Made by a program: the position numbers and the translations under genes. From NCBI RefSeq assembly GCF_006345805.1, contig NC_043024.1, positions 434,001 through 498,000 on the forward strand: a DNA stretch of 64,000 bases. Reading direction: 5' to 3'. Below the pieces are notes generated by a model, which searched no databases, had not been told where the DNA came from, and saw nothing but the letters and a program-made list of their open reading frames with translations. Position 1 is the stretch's first letter; each line of letters starts with the position of its first letter. Of this stretch, positions 1 to 12,621 are shown in pieces. Source of the DNA: Octopus sinensis. Taxonomy: Eukaryota.

Positions 1-1039
1 CATACAGGCAGACAGACAGACTTTTGATAAACAAAACTGTACTGTCTGAACTAAGGAAATACTGCAGAAACCTTGTAAAGTGTTATTCTCCACTCAAGAA
101 ACCTTGTAAAGTCTGATTCTTCATTCAAGACTATTGAAGCGTCTACACTTGACAAAAGTACCTATTATTTAGTTGCTGCCATTGAGAGTCTGGCAAAAAC
201 CTAGGCAATGATTCTTACACGGCTGAAAACAGAATTATCGTCCCCAATTTTATAAATATTTCAATGGAAATCTTCCAAAGAGATAGTTTTTTTTCTTGTA
301 ATTCTGTTCATTTTGGCATTAAATCCATTATCGTTTTTACTACAAAAATCAAATGGCTACATGCTAAAGTTAGCAACTGCTAAAGTTACAATGTAACCCA
401 TAATTTCTAGGCTAAAAATATCTGCCATAGCAAAAAACAGATGGAGTTAATTATATTTTCAACTGGCATAGGAATGGTATTTGGCCAGAAGAAACGTTCA
501 TATTTCATTGTTATATGTGGAAAACCAGTCCCCGAGACCCAAACCTGTGCATCAATGTCCTCTCTATCTCTCCTCCTCATTATCATCATCATCATTTAAT
601 GTCTGCCTTCCATGCTGGCATGGAATGAATAGTTTGACAGGAGCTGACCAGACAAGACTTCACCAGACTTCTGCATCTGTTCTGGCATGGTTTTTACAGC
701 TAGATGCCCTTCCTAACACCAACCACCCAGCAGAGAAGACCGAGTGCTTTTTATGTGGCACCAGCACAGGGGAGGTCAGTTTTAGCATGGTTTTTAAAGC
801 TGGATGCCCTCCCAAACACCAACCACTTTACGTGACTGAATGTTTTTTACCTGGCACCAGAACTGGTAGGGTCACCAAGTAACTTGCAAGACAAGGTATG
901 TTTGAGAGGAGAGCAGGACAATCTGCTGACAGCCACTGACCAGATCTGTGGATGGAGCAAAGTACCATCTCGACCCAGAGTAACATGGTGGTGGAACACT
1001 GTGGTTGACAGGGCTATTATGCCAGGACCCCTGGAGTGG

Positions 1040-1353
1040 TGGTACGTAAAAAGCACTATCTGACTCGTGGCCGATGCCAGCGCCGCCTCGACTGGCTTCC
1101 GTGCCGGTGGCACGTAAAATGCACCAATCCAACCGTGGCCGTTGCCAGCCTCGCCTGGCACCTGTGCAGGTGGCACATAAAAAGCACCCACTACACTCAC
1201 GGAGTGGTTGACGTTAGGAAGGGCATCCACCTGTAGAAACATTGCCAGATAAGACTGGAGCCTGGTGCAGCCTTCTGGCTTCCCAGATCCCCGGTCGAAC
1301 CGCCCAACCCATGCTAGCATGGAGAACGGACGTTAAACGATGATGATGATGAT
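1040..1353 (+). mobile_element. SINE-like repeat ending in a (GAT)n tail (representative copy)
   Basis: ...gtggcacataaaaagcacccactacactc..ggagtggttg.cgttaggaagggcatcc...gcatggagaacggacgttaaacgatgatgat; copies at 5805-5978, 31975-32216 and reversed at 57541-57730, 50020-50340. Confidence 0.75.
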
Positions 1354-1490
1354 GTGACTTGGTCAATGTTTCTAAATTTCCTCTTTCTCATCAATATCTT
1401 GTTTGCTATGGCCACATGTATTCTATTTCAGCCAGCCTCCCTTCTTTCTACAACAGGTACAAGGCCTGAAATTTGAGGAGAGGGGGGGAT

Positions 1491-2245
1491 AATCTCCCTC
1501 ACAACTGTCTCCCCACATGCCGCCAACTGCCGTACACTGACCGATGCTGTTGCTGCTCTGCCAACTGGTTCACTGCTGCGGATGACCTCATTGCTCATGC
1601 CTTCCGTGCTCACTCACGGGTTTTTTCCTTTTTCTTTCGCCTTCCTCGCTGCCAACCCCCAGCCTCAACTTGACGTCCCTTTCTGCCCAGTGCACCGCCT
1701 CCACAAGGCATTTGTGGGTGACGTCAGCACCTTGATATGGCAGGCAGCATGTACCTCGCACTCTTGCTGCCGCTGCCACCACCGACGCTGTCCCACTTTC
1801 ACTAGTCCTCCCATCCTCATCGTCTCCCATCCACTGATGTGTCACACCGCTACCCAAAACCGGCCCTCTTACTTTGACCTGCACCAGCACCTGTTCTTCC
1901 GCAGTGGCCCAGTGTGCAGTTGTCAGATTGTAAACCACTTTGCCCCTCAAACTCTTTGTTGTTTCTCCTCACCTCCACGCATCAGCAGTGGCGGCAGACA
2001 TGTATATGAACGGCCGTCGACTGGATGAGCCCCAAGCGCTTGCTGGCTGGCAGCGACTGATTCTGGTTCTTGCTCCTCATGTGGTGGTGGTGGTGGCAGT
2101 GGCAACTTCGTCATCGCGCAGCTACAGACACGTTGGTGTGACTCGCAGGGAAGAGGCTTTCCACCACACTGCTCATGACCATCCCATGCCACAGGCAGTG
2201 ATGCCCCGCTTGCTACCTCATTGTCAAACAATCAAATCATGATGA
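1491..2245 (+). other. GC-rich segment contiguous with the 18S 5' end, probable rDNA 5' external transcribed spacer copy
   Basis: Markedly more GC/CpG-rich than its surroundings and runs directly into the 18S start; no convincing ORF. ETS identity is inferred from position only. Confidence 0.55.
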
Positions 2246-2415
2246 TACCTGGTTGATCCTGACAGTAGTCATATGCTTATTTCAAAGCTTAAGCCATGCA
2301 AGTGTAAGTTCATGCTCTAAAAGAATGGTGAAACTGCGAATGGCTCAGGAATTGGACCTAATCCTCAGGAGGAGAATGGATAACTGTGGCAATTCTAGAG
2401 CTAATAAATGCAACC
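2246..2415 (+). pseudogene. 18S rRNA 5'-end fragment (diverged, orphan)
   Basis: Begins TACCTGGTTGATCCTGACAGTAGTCATATGCTT...AAGCCATGCA...GAAACTGCGAATGGCTCA...GGATAACTGTGGCAATTCTAGAGCTAATA, the universal 18S 5' end with substitutions; truncated after about 170 nt. Confidence 0.92.
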
Positions 2416-2449
2416 AAAGCCGCAATCTAGTCAAGTATCCCAACATTTA

Positions 2450-3260
2450 GGATGCTCGGCTGGTCTGTAGAACTCTACACCATGACATCAGCTGGAAACT
2501 GCCAAAGAAACAGTGATGTCTACAGGCTCCACTCATGAAGAGAGGAAGGGAATAGAAACTGAAATAAGTGTAGACAGTCTTTGCATAGAATCTCATAACA
2601 TCAGCAAAAACAAAATACATAAACTTATGAAGAGAACAACATCCCACATGTGAACTGTGAGCTCCTCTGAAAGCATTCTCTTCCTGATGACCTTTCACAA
2701 AACCCCCAAAGCAGCCGAGCTAACATACCTCAAAGAAGACCTAGATATGAAATGCTCAGCATACCAAAAAGAGACCATGTATGGCCGTTTCCTGAAGACT
2801 TGAAGAAGACAGTAATATCAACATGAATCAAAGCCTCTCTTGGACTCATGACAGTTTCATCACATCACACTTTGAAAGTTACGTATTTGCAATCCAAGAA
2901 CAGAAGATTGCTGTGAAATACCTCGTAAACAAGAGAGACAGTGAAGCCCTTGGAGTGCCAAGATACAACTGAAAATGTAGATTATATCATATTTCTGTGG
3001 AAGACATTACACATGGGATTAGCAGCTGCCCCAAAATGTTAAGATATTTCCTCCTATGCAACATGGCTTTGTCACTAAAACAGTACATAATGCCATTCAA
3101 AAAAGGCTCTCCTGGAAGATATGTAGCGAAGGCCCTGTTATTGAATACATACATAAAACATCAACACAAGGAATACTAGTGAGAGATTCCAATCAGATCT
3201 GGATATTATTGTTTGGGACAAAAGTATGTACTGTCATTAGGGTTTGATTGCCCTGCTGAT
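2450..3260 (+). mobile_element. Decayed R4/Dong-like (RLE-type) non-LTR retrotransposon 3' part
   Basis: Frameshifted motifs NSDVYRL..REEG, EDITHGISSCPK (zinc-knuckle region) and DIIVWD..CTVI...CPADVN (restriction-like endonuclease). Confidence 0.65.
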
Positions 3261-3712
3261 GTGAATGTCTCTTCCAAAATCAAAGATAAAGAGGATAACT
3301 ATGGACAACTGCACTGAAATCTCCTGCTGCTATATTCATATTATAAATTCATATATATGTTTGTTTGTTTGTAAATGCCTTAGTAAAAATCTGTGTACAT
3401 TAGGGTTTTAGGAGAAGAAATCAACCAGCTAACTCGCTCATTAAATACAATCTGTAAGAGGAACAGAAGCAACATGCAAGTCTTTTATCAAGTTTAACAT
3501 TTGTTTTTCGCTCTCTGTGTTCCAACAACGGAGCATTGTATCTCTGTTAGAAACTCTTTCTTTCTTTACAAGAAGATTTCAAATAATTAAGAATAGAACA
3601 GAACAAATATACATGTAAGTGATATGTGCCTCTAAGCATTGACTCCACATTGTGTCAGTGAATAGGAAAAAGCTCAGAGGAAGTGAGTATAAATGCATTT
3701 ATTTCTCTCTCT

Positions 3713-3759
<47 letters not shown>

Positions 3760-4124
3760 ATAGATAGATAGATAGATATGCACACACACACATAAACCTA
3801 CGTATATTTTAAAGCTCATAGGAAGTAAATATATATATATATATATATATATATAAGTATATAAATATATTTATTCACCGCATTCTAAACTTGATGCAGA
3901 TTTTAAAGAACAGAAATATTATCCTAACAAAACAACAACAGCAACATTCTCTGCTCAAACAGCTCTAAAATGTTCATTCATGTACATCTATCATGTGCAT
4001 ACAAACATGCACATACGCACACACATATGCATGAATAATTATATGTAGATGGATATGAGTACTTTCACACAGTTTTATGAATATGTATGTGTACATATAT
4101 GTGTATATGTAAGTATGTATGTTG

Positions 4125-4170
<46 letters not shown>

Positions 4171-4280
4171 TCATATGCATTATATTTGATTATTTATATA
4201 CACATATAATGGGAGAGAGAAATATAGATATATACCCATACAATTTTTGTAAATATTTATATGCATATATACATACTTGT

Positions 4281-4337
<57 letters not shown>

Positions 4338-5678
4338 AACACCTTCATACACACATAGCTCTCCTTGTTTTCCCCTCCCGTTCTTCTAGTTCTCTTGGGT
4401 GTGTTAGTTCCCCAACTGGAATAAATTGGCAGCTACAGAGAATGATTATTTCCAATTCTCTTTTCTGCCATTATTGTCTTGTCAAAAAACATTATCAGCA
4501 GAATGGATATTTTATTCTGCCACCATTGCTTGCCATTCCTGGGGAATATTCTACAAAAGACTGATTATACAATACAAATATGAAGTAGGAAAGTTGCAGA
4601 GAAATATATTGCATAAATTTGTAAAGTTTTTATTTATTTCAAAGAAAAAAAATCACCAAATGTAGAATTCCTGCATTTTTTTTTTACTGATTTTGCTGTT
4701 CTGTGCAGTGTCAGGCATTGTCCTTTTGAAAAGATAAACTAGTGAGTCTTATCTAAATATGTTGATATTTAGACAATGTGCATGTAAATATATAAACTTT
4801 CACTTGCTAGTGAACCTACCATGGTGCTTATTAATATGTGTCATGCGTTTGGGAATTGCAACAGAAGGATAGGTATGGACACATGTTTCTAACTTTACAG
4901 ACATCATCAGACAACAGTTGTCCTATATGGAAGCCAGAAGAGGAGATACTTAGACATATACAAAATGTGTAGAATACAATTATAACCCAAGGTAATTTGT
5001 ATAAGTTAAATGAAAATGAGCTAAGAGAAATAACTCATAGTTTGTGTGTGTAAGAGAGAGAGAGAGAGATTGATTGTATTTCACTGACTGAAAATCACCT
5101 GATGAAATGGAGTAGTAATACAACAATGTGAAATTATGTAATGCAATGTAGTGTACGTTTTTATTCTTTACCGAGTCAAGATAGACTCATAGACCCAGTA
5201 TCCAAAAGTTTTCAGCAGGTGTAAATGCACAGACAGGTTTCTTTCGGTGAATTGGAGGACACCACCAACTCCGGATTGAGCTGATGTTTTGCACACTTTG
5301 TCATATTTCATTATTATGTTCTATACCAGGTGTACTAACTGTAGCTTCTGCAATTAGGGACGATGGGGATTTTAGTTTCCTTAATTTCATTTCTTTCTTC
5401 TCATTCCATTTTTGCATCAATCTTCTTTGTGATTTTTCATGTTTTTTTCTTATTTTTTCACTGTCTAGTGTCCTTGTTTTTAAAGATGTATCTAACACAT
5501 AAACAGAGCCTGGAAGATTGTTGGGAGATAAATGGTGTATTTTATAAATGTCTTGTTAAAGTATCATAAAAGCATGAAACTATTACTAGCTCTTTTGGTT
5601 GTGTATTAAATTGATATTTATCTCACACTGGATGGAATACTTTTTTGTTGATTTTACCTCTAATGGATCTGTAAACTA

Positions 5679-5715
<37 letters not shown>

Positions 5716-5989
5716 GTCCGATGAACGGCAACAGGAAACTCAGAGTAACAGGTTTTGTTGAATTTTCTGCTGCTTTAAATAAAGTATATATATATATAAT
5801 CACTCCGTAAAAGCACCCACTACACTCTCGGAGTGGTTGGCGTTAGGAAGGGCATCCAGCTGTAGAAACTCGGCCAGATCAAGATTGGAGCATGTTGCAG
5901 CCATCTGGTTCACCAGCCCTCAGTCAAATCGTCGAACCCATGCTAGCATGGAAAGCGGACGTTAAACGATGATGATGATATAACATTAT

Positions 5990-6533
5990 TACCGAGTTAG
6001 AAAACAGAGAGATCTAATGGATACAAATTAATTTATTAATTAGTCAACACATTCACCTACGATTGTTTCATTTCATGAAAATAAAAATTCTGAAAGAAAT
6101 TAAAATATATAATTTTACATTTTAAATACTTTGTATGAAAATCATCAGGATGTACAAAGGACAATACAAGAATGTGTATGTATATGTGTGTGCACGCATG
6201 CATTAAAATTGAATTAAAAATAAAAGTAATAATTTTAATGCATGTATGCACACATATACATGCACACACACATATACATGCACACACATATACATGCATA
6301 ATAAACATGACTATATATGCTGAGTATTCCAAATGTATCCTAATGTAATCCTTGTATTGTCCTTTGTACACCTTGATTTTCCATATAGGGTATTTAAAAT
6401 GTAAAATTATATATTTATATATGGTTTGGAATTTTAATTTTGCTTGTGAAATGGAACAATTGTAGGTGAATATGTTAATTAATTAGTAAATTAATTTGTA
6501 TCCATTAGATCTCTCTGTTTTCTGACTCTATAA
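5990..6533. mobile_element. AT-rich MITE-like fold-back (about 180-bp arms)
   Basis: accgagttagaaaacagagagatctaatggatacaaattaattt... versus ...aaattaatttgtatccattagatctctctgttttctgactc; a further right-arm copy lies at about 44040-44112. Confidence 0.6.
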
Positions 6534-6756
6534 TATTTTACAATATATTATATAATATATTCATTGAAGAAATATCTCTTCAAAACATATTAAGCTAGTA
6601 TATCCCTATAAGAGGTTTAAATATTCTCATTGTGACTATATATATATATATATATATACCGGAGTAAACACATAAATGTGAAACAAGGTGGAAAAAAGAG
6701 TACTCAAATACCAGTGGTAGAGTAATATGCTTTATTTTAAGCAGCAGAAAATTCAA

Positions 6757-6804
6757 CAAAATCTGTTACTCTGAGTTTCTCGTTGCCGTTCATCAGACAG
6801 TTTT
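6757..6804 (-). ncRNA. Minimal hammerhead motif with canonical CUGAUGA core
   Basis: AAAACTGT-CTGATGA-A-CG(GCAA)CG-A-GAA-ACTC(A)GAGT-A-ACAGATTTT. An inverted copy at 5715-5752 carries a U4C change. Confidence 0.65.
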
Positions 6805-7204
6805 TGCTATATATATATATATATATATATATATGCATACATACATACATACATATATATGCCTACATATATATATCAATAGGTGAAGGTGCATGCATCA
6901 GCTATGAGTTTGAGGGGGAGGAGGAGGAAGAGGAGGGGGAGGCAGAGGAGGAGGGGGAGGCAGAGGAGGAGGAGCAGGAGTTATAGGTTGATCAGCTATC
7001 ATGAAATCTGTTCTTGAAATAAAGTGATTAGCCTTTTGCAGAAAGTCATCCATTATTTGAAGTCTCTGTTGTGGTTTAATGGAAATGACACTAATCTCTT
7101 TAATACTTGGCCAGGAAGAGAAGCTGGAAACGCACTTCAGTTTTGTTTCCCCAAACTGTTTCGTAGAATTGTAAGGAAAAACTTTGGATTACGTGCTTTT
7201 TGGG

Positions 7205-7500
7205 GTTGTGGTGGTGGTGGTGGTGAAGACAATGATGGTGATGGTGCTGATGGTGGTGGTAGTGGTGATGATGATGGTGGTAGTGGTGGTAATGGTGGTG
7301 ATGGTAGTGGTGGTAATGGTGGTGATGGTAGTGGTGGTAATGGTGGTGATGGTAGTGGTGGTAATGGTGGTGATGGTGGTGGTGATGTGTTTTGTTCTTT
7401 TTATAGTAATTGTTGGTGGCGTTGTTGTCGCTGTTACTGTTGTCGTTTTTGTTATTGTTGTTAGTGTTTTTGTAGTTGTTATTGTTGCTGTTGTTGTTTA
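7205..7500 (+). repeat. (GGT)/(GTT) low-complexity tract with 24-bp subunits
   Basis: ggtggtaatggtggtgatggtagt repeated about 4 times; explains the Gly- and Val-rich spurious ORFs. Confidence 0.85.
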
Positions 7501-7599
7501 ATCCTGATAAAGCAGATCAAAGACCAGAGGTGCTCCAGCTGGGCCAATATGCCTTATATCAGATAATATTGCACAGAGTCTGAAAGTTTTGCAATATTT

Positions 7600-8620
7600 T
7601 GGTAACTTCCTCAACTTACAACAAAATCAGCCTCGCATTCAAAGGAGGGGTCCTTCGTGTTTCCCCATCCGAAACCAGTTCTTTGATTCCATGCTGATAC
7701 CAGTTCTTGTCCTTCAGAATGGAGAAACCTGAAGCTTCCACCTCTTCTTGATTAATGAAACTTCACAAGAGAGTCCAAGTGGGTCAATAACAAAGTAACA
7801 AGATTTTGTGAGTTACAAAAGTTCCCAATGTTTGCAAATATGTTGGTGTGTTGGTTGAGCTATTGATGCACATACTTGGCCGTGTGCATCTTGAAAATTT
7901 CCACTGTCACTTATAGATTGGATTAGGAGAATCCACATCAGTTTCTTTTGCTCACTCTCTTTGAAAAACCTTCTATTTGTCAGTTTATGTATATCTCACT
8001 GTTGTCTCTAGCCTGTCGCATTCAATAATCCAATACTATTGCAAACAGGTATGGTGCAAGCGTATCTCCTTGTAGCATCCCAGTTAGTATTTAAAGGAAT
8101 TCTGTTTCTCTGTCAGATGACAACACATGAGCTCTGGTCTTCTCGTAGGTCTTTGCAATGGCAAGAACTAGTTCTTCTGAAATGCCCTATGCTCAAAGGA
8201 TCTTCATTTTGTAACGATGGGTAAGCAGTTCAGAAGCAGACGTCAAGATCAGGAAGGTACAAGCATAGAACCTGTCACAAACTAAAGAAGATCTGGAACT
8301 CCAAATTGCCCAGGCAAATCAAATCAAGCTGTTCATTGCAATTCTCAAATCAATGTTACTGTATGAGAGTGAAACTATCAAATGGGCTAAATCGATGCAA
8401 TACATGGATGCTATGAATGGCCCTAAATGTGAAATGGCAGCAACATATGACATATGAAAGTTTTTAAGGAGACCTGCCAAAAGTTAGCAAGAAGATCAGG
8501 CAAAGATGACTGTGACTATCGGGTCACTGTGTGCACTATCTTGATCAGGAAGCATCCAAAATAGTCTTGTGGAACCCACTTCATGGTGATGTAAGATGAG
8601 GAAAACATCATCACACATCG
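7600..8620. mobile_element. RTE-type LINE fragment with internal inversion
   Basis: Minus strand about 8220->7800 encodes ILTGMLQGDTLAPYLFAIVLDY; plus strand from about 8225 encodes SSEADVKIRK...KIWNSKLPRQIKIKLF...LLYESET. Confidence 0.65.
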
Positions 8621-9212
8621 ACAACTTGGTAGCAGACACTTAAAGTTAAATTCCTTTCTCAAGTCATCCTGACTCATAAGGGCCATTCACTGATTTCCAT
8701 GGTGTACATATTCTTCACCTGGATGGGATACCAGTCCTTTGCAGGATTACTCCTTTTTGCCAGCTGAGTGGACTGGAGCAATGTGAAATGGAGTGTTTTG
8801 CTCAAGAACACAATGTGTCGTCTGGTCCAGGAATCGAAACCACAATCTTACAATCATGAGACACTGGCCGGGAATATATCTAGGATATCAAGGCAGTGAT
8901 GATGAACCACGAAGTGTGGTGGATGGACTTTGTTGCTGCAACCTGGGTTGGAACCCGGCCATAATAAATAATGTGTAACTCTGTAGAAACATAGCTTGAT
9001 GCACCAAATACATGGAAAAGTGAATGTCAAATGATGATGATGACGGTGGTGGCAGTGGTGGTGCTTAAGTGGTAGAGCAGGATCCAACTGGAGAGAAGAT
9101 GAATAGATGGCCTGTGTTCCATCTAGGACTACATTAACCAATGTAGCTGAATATACATTGCCCAATGTGTCCTTCCTCATTGTTGTTTATATATATCATC
9201 ATCATATATGCA

Positions 9213-9630
9213 GACATGGCTGTGTGGTAAGAAGCTTGCTTACCAACCACATGGTTCTGGGTTCAGTCCCACTGCATGGCACCTTGGGTAAGTGTTTTCT
9301 ACTATAGCCTCAGGCCGACCAAAGCTTTGTGAGTGGATTTGGTAGACGGAAACTGAAAGAAGCCTGTTGTATATATAAAAATGTATATATTTATGTGTGT
9401 GTCTCTTTGTGCCTGTGTTTGTCCCCCACCAACCACCACTTGACAACCAATGTTGGTGTATTTACAGCTACATAACTTGGCAGTTTGGCAAAAGAGACTG
9501 ACAGAACAAATACGAGGATTACAGAGAATAAATCTTGGGGTCGATTTCTTCAACTAAATATTAAAACCCTTCAAGACAGTGCTCCAGCATGGCTGCAGTC
9601 CTATGACTGAAACAAGTAAAAGAACAAAAG
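9213..9630 (+). mobile_element. Abundant tRNA-headed SINE with internal microsatellite (representative copy)
   Basis: Head ggctgtgtggtaagaagcttgct..ccacatggttctgggttcagtcccactg, then TA/TG microsatellite, then ...gtgctccagcatggctgcagtc..gactgaaacaagtaaaag. Many other copies, e.g. 21823-22130, 44336-44700 and reversed at 12620-12785, 37700-37840, 56600-56725. Confidence 0.8.
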
Positions 9631-11469
9631 TATTTACATGTGTGTGTGTGTGTGTATAGTATTATAATGAAAACCACAGGTCTTGTGAAATAGAGCCACC
9701 CAAGATTTTGCGACTGAAACATTAATTTCTTTTGCTGTTTTTTCAAGTTTGAGACAAGACTGTTTGTCAGTTGGTTTTCAAGCAGATGACATCAACTTAC
9801 TACAACACTCTCTGGATCTCTGGCAAAGGAAGGACAATTTGATATAGAAGTAAGGGTTGAATGGAACAAAAAGGAAGAAATAAAATGAAGGAAGGAAGGA
9901 AGGAGGAGAAAGAAAAAGAGAGAGAAAGAAAAGGGTTGTCAGAATACAGGCACAGAATAAATTGGTGCATGCCAAAGTAATCAGGTTAAGATAACATCGG
10001 GTTATCTATAATTACATCAAAATTAAATTAGATACAACAGTTTAAGGATTAAATTAGATACACTAGTTAAGAAATGAATGATTGGTTGGTTACACAAGAA
10101 ATAATTCAAGTGGGATGTGAGAGAATTAATAGAGTAAAAATTCTACTGTTGCCATTAGCTGAATCAAGTTAGCTATGTGGAATTTTTATGTGAAAATTTT
10201 AAAGTTTTATTAAATATGTGGAAGCTGTGGATCAATAATGTATTATGTTAATTAATTAAATTAGAGCATACATTTGAGAATTTCCAATGCCTCTAATGAG
10301 CACAAATTATAGCTACCTCCACTCCTATGTACAGAAATGCACAACCATGAAATTCAGCAGTTGATCTTTTTCTCCTTGATTTCTCAGATGTTCTTAGCCA
10401 GTGAGGTTCTTTTCTTTTGTAGTTAAAGGATAATGGACTTTACTACATGTTTTAACAGAACAGTTTATATATTAAATTCTTCTTCAGACACGGGTTATTA
10501 TGAGGGCATTTATCATGATTCCTCCAGTTTCACATTCTATTAAGTTTGTTATCATAACAGACCTTATTTATTTTATTTGTGCTAATGTTATTGCTATGAC
10601 AAGATAGCACATAATTGTTATCATCATCATTTAACGTCTGTTTTCCATGCCAGCATGCGAACCGTCCAACTCATGCTAGCATGGAAAACAGACATTAAAC
10701 GATGATGATGATAAATTAATATTAGACAGAAATATATTACTTGTAGCTAACCTAAACTGGTATTTACTACCTGAATAATTAAAAGTACATTTGTTATTAC
10801 CAATAGTATTTAATTTCTTACTGTTAATTTCCACTATATTACCCACAAGATTAGGTAGAGCAAGACATGCAAACTCCATGGTATGTCAATTGAATATCTT
10901 ACTACACCTGAAGGAAAATGTTTATCCAATATCCAAAGCTACCTGAATTACTTAAGGAGTGTCAAACCATGGGAGATTTCTACTGCATAATTTAGTTCAA
11001 GTGGTTTTGTTGTCATTATTTACATCAGTTTGGTTGGTTCTATGTCTATTGATTTTCTTACAGTTATACAATGTGTAATGAATATTCTCAGGGTTAAATC
11101 TGTTATCACGTTTAGTCTACTTACTCATGCCTAACTGAATTCCAGTTTCCAAATTTTCAAGGTATGTGCCATCAATATCAGGGAAAATAGGAGTTTTTCA
11201 GGCAATTTGCTTCCTTAACTAAAAGGGGGCTTCAAGGATTACTCGCTATGTAGACAGTAATTTCTTTGTTTATTATACCACTATTATCTACATTGCAAGC
11301 ACTCCAAGTCTTTGCCTATTGTTACAATAATATTACCTTGATGTTCTTTAATATGCCTATGCCTACATGAGTCTAGTTTGCCATCCTGAGATATTTTCTC
11401 AGTTCTACCCTGAGGAATATGAATATGACAGGATCTTCTCTCTATAACCAACCCTCGCTAAAGCAGCAT

Positions 11470-11505
<36 letters not shown>

Positions 11506-11921
11506 ATATATACATATATATACATACATACACATGTATATACATATATATATACATATATATTCCACATCCTCGCGTTGTGTTTTTTTGTGTTTCCTTG
11601 TTTGGATTAACTATATATATATATAGTTAATCCAAACAAGAAAACACAACAATGCGAGGACGTGGAATATATATATGTATGTATATATATGTATATATAT
11701 ATATATACAGACACGTATATACATATATATATATATACATAATTGTAGCTACACACATACTTTGTTGATTTCTTTTCCTTTTTTTGAACCTTTCCCCTTC
11801 TCCTCTCCATCAAAGAGCTATACTTCAAATGTCAAACTCTCTTTTCTCCAAGTCAAGCTAATACATTCCTTGTGCTCATCCTCTTGTTGTCCATTAATTT
11901 TTATTCATTTATATTTGAATT

Positions 11922-11997
<76 letters not shown>

Positions 11998-12573
11998 CTT
12001 GTGCCCTGAGAGTATGCTGTATCACCCTGTCACCTCTGTCTCTAGCTTCCTTTCAGCTACTCTTACCCACCTCACATAATGTAGAGTAGCCATATATCTC
12101 CTCTACAACAAGACACCTGTGCTTATCCTTCTTTCACATAAAGCCACCTCTCTCTCTCTCTCTCTCTCTCACTTACACACACTAATACACCCCACACACC
12201 CGGCTAAGAGGCTTTTCCTTTTCTTTTCTCATCTTGCAAGTCACCTGGCAACCTCATTAGCACAGGTGGCATTAAAAAAAGAGCACCCAGTACACTCTGT
12301 AACATGGTTGGCCTTTCAGGGTGGCATTCAGCCACAGAAAAATATGCTAAAGCTGACACTGGAGCTTGATGCAGCTCTGTGGGTCATTGGATCCTACCAC
12401 ATCATCCAATCCACGCCAGAAGGGAAAATAGGCTTGGGCAGTGCTTGGAAAAATTTTAGTCAAACAAATCAACCTCAGGACCTTTGTTTAAAGCCTTATA
12501 CTTATTCCATCAGTCTCTTTTGACAAGCCATTAAGCTACAGGGATGTAAACAAACCAACATTAGTTATCAAGT

Positions 12574-12621
<48 letters not shown>

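Noticed and set aside
407-595. ORF ...VWVSGTGFPHITMKYERFFWPNTIPMPVENIINSICFLLWQIFLA
   Set aside because: Starts in a (GAT)n SINE tail, has no polypyrimidine acceptor and no recognisable homology.
1582-2242. Several overlapping ORFs of 94-148 aa
   Set aside because: Expected in GC-rich DNA; no motifs; better explained as rDNA spacer-derived.
4880-4920. Minus-strand CTGATGA...GAAACATGT
   Set aside because: No helix II, G at the cleavage position and no helix I; chance match.
10846-10910. Possible 65-nt minus-strand exon (G)VVRYSIDIPWSLHVLLYLILW with a good acceptor
   Set aside because: Phase is incompatible with the neighbouring candidate exons and there is no homology; unsupported.
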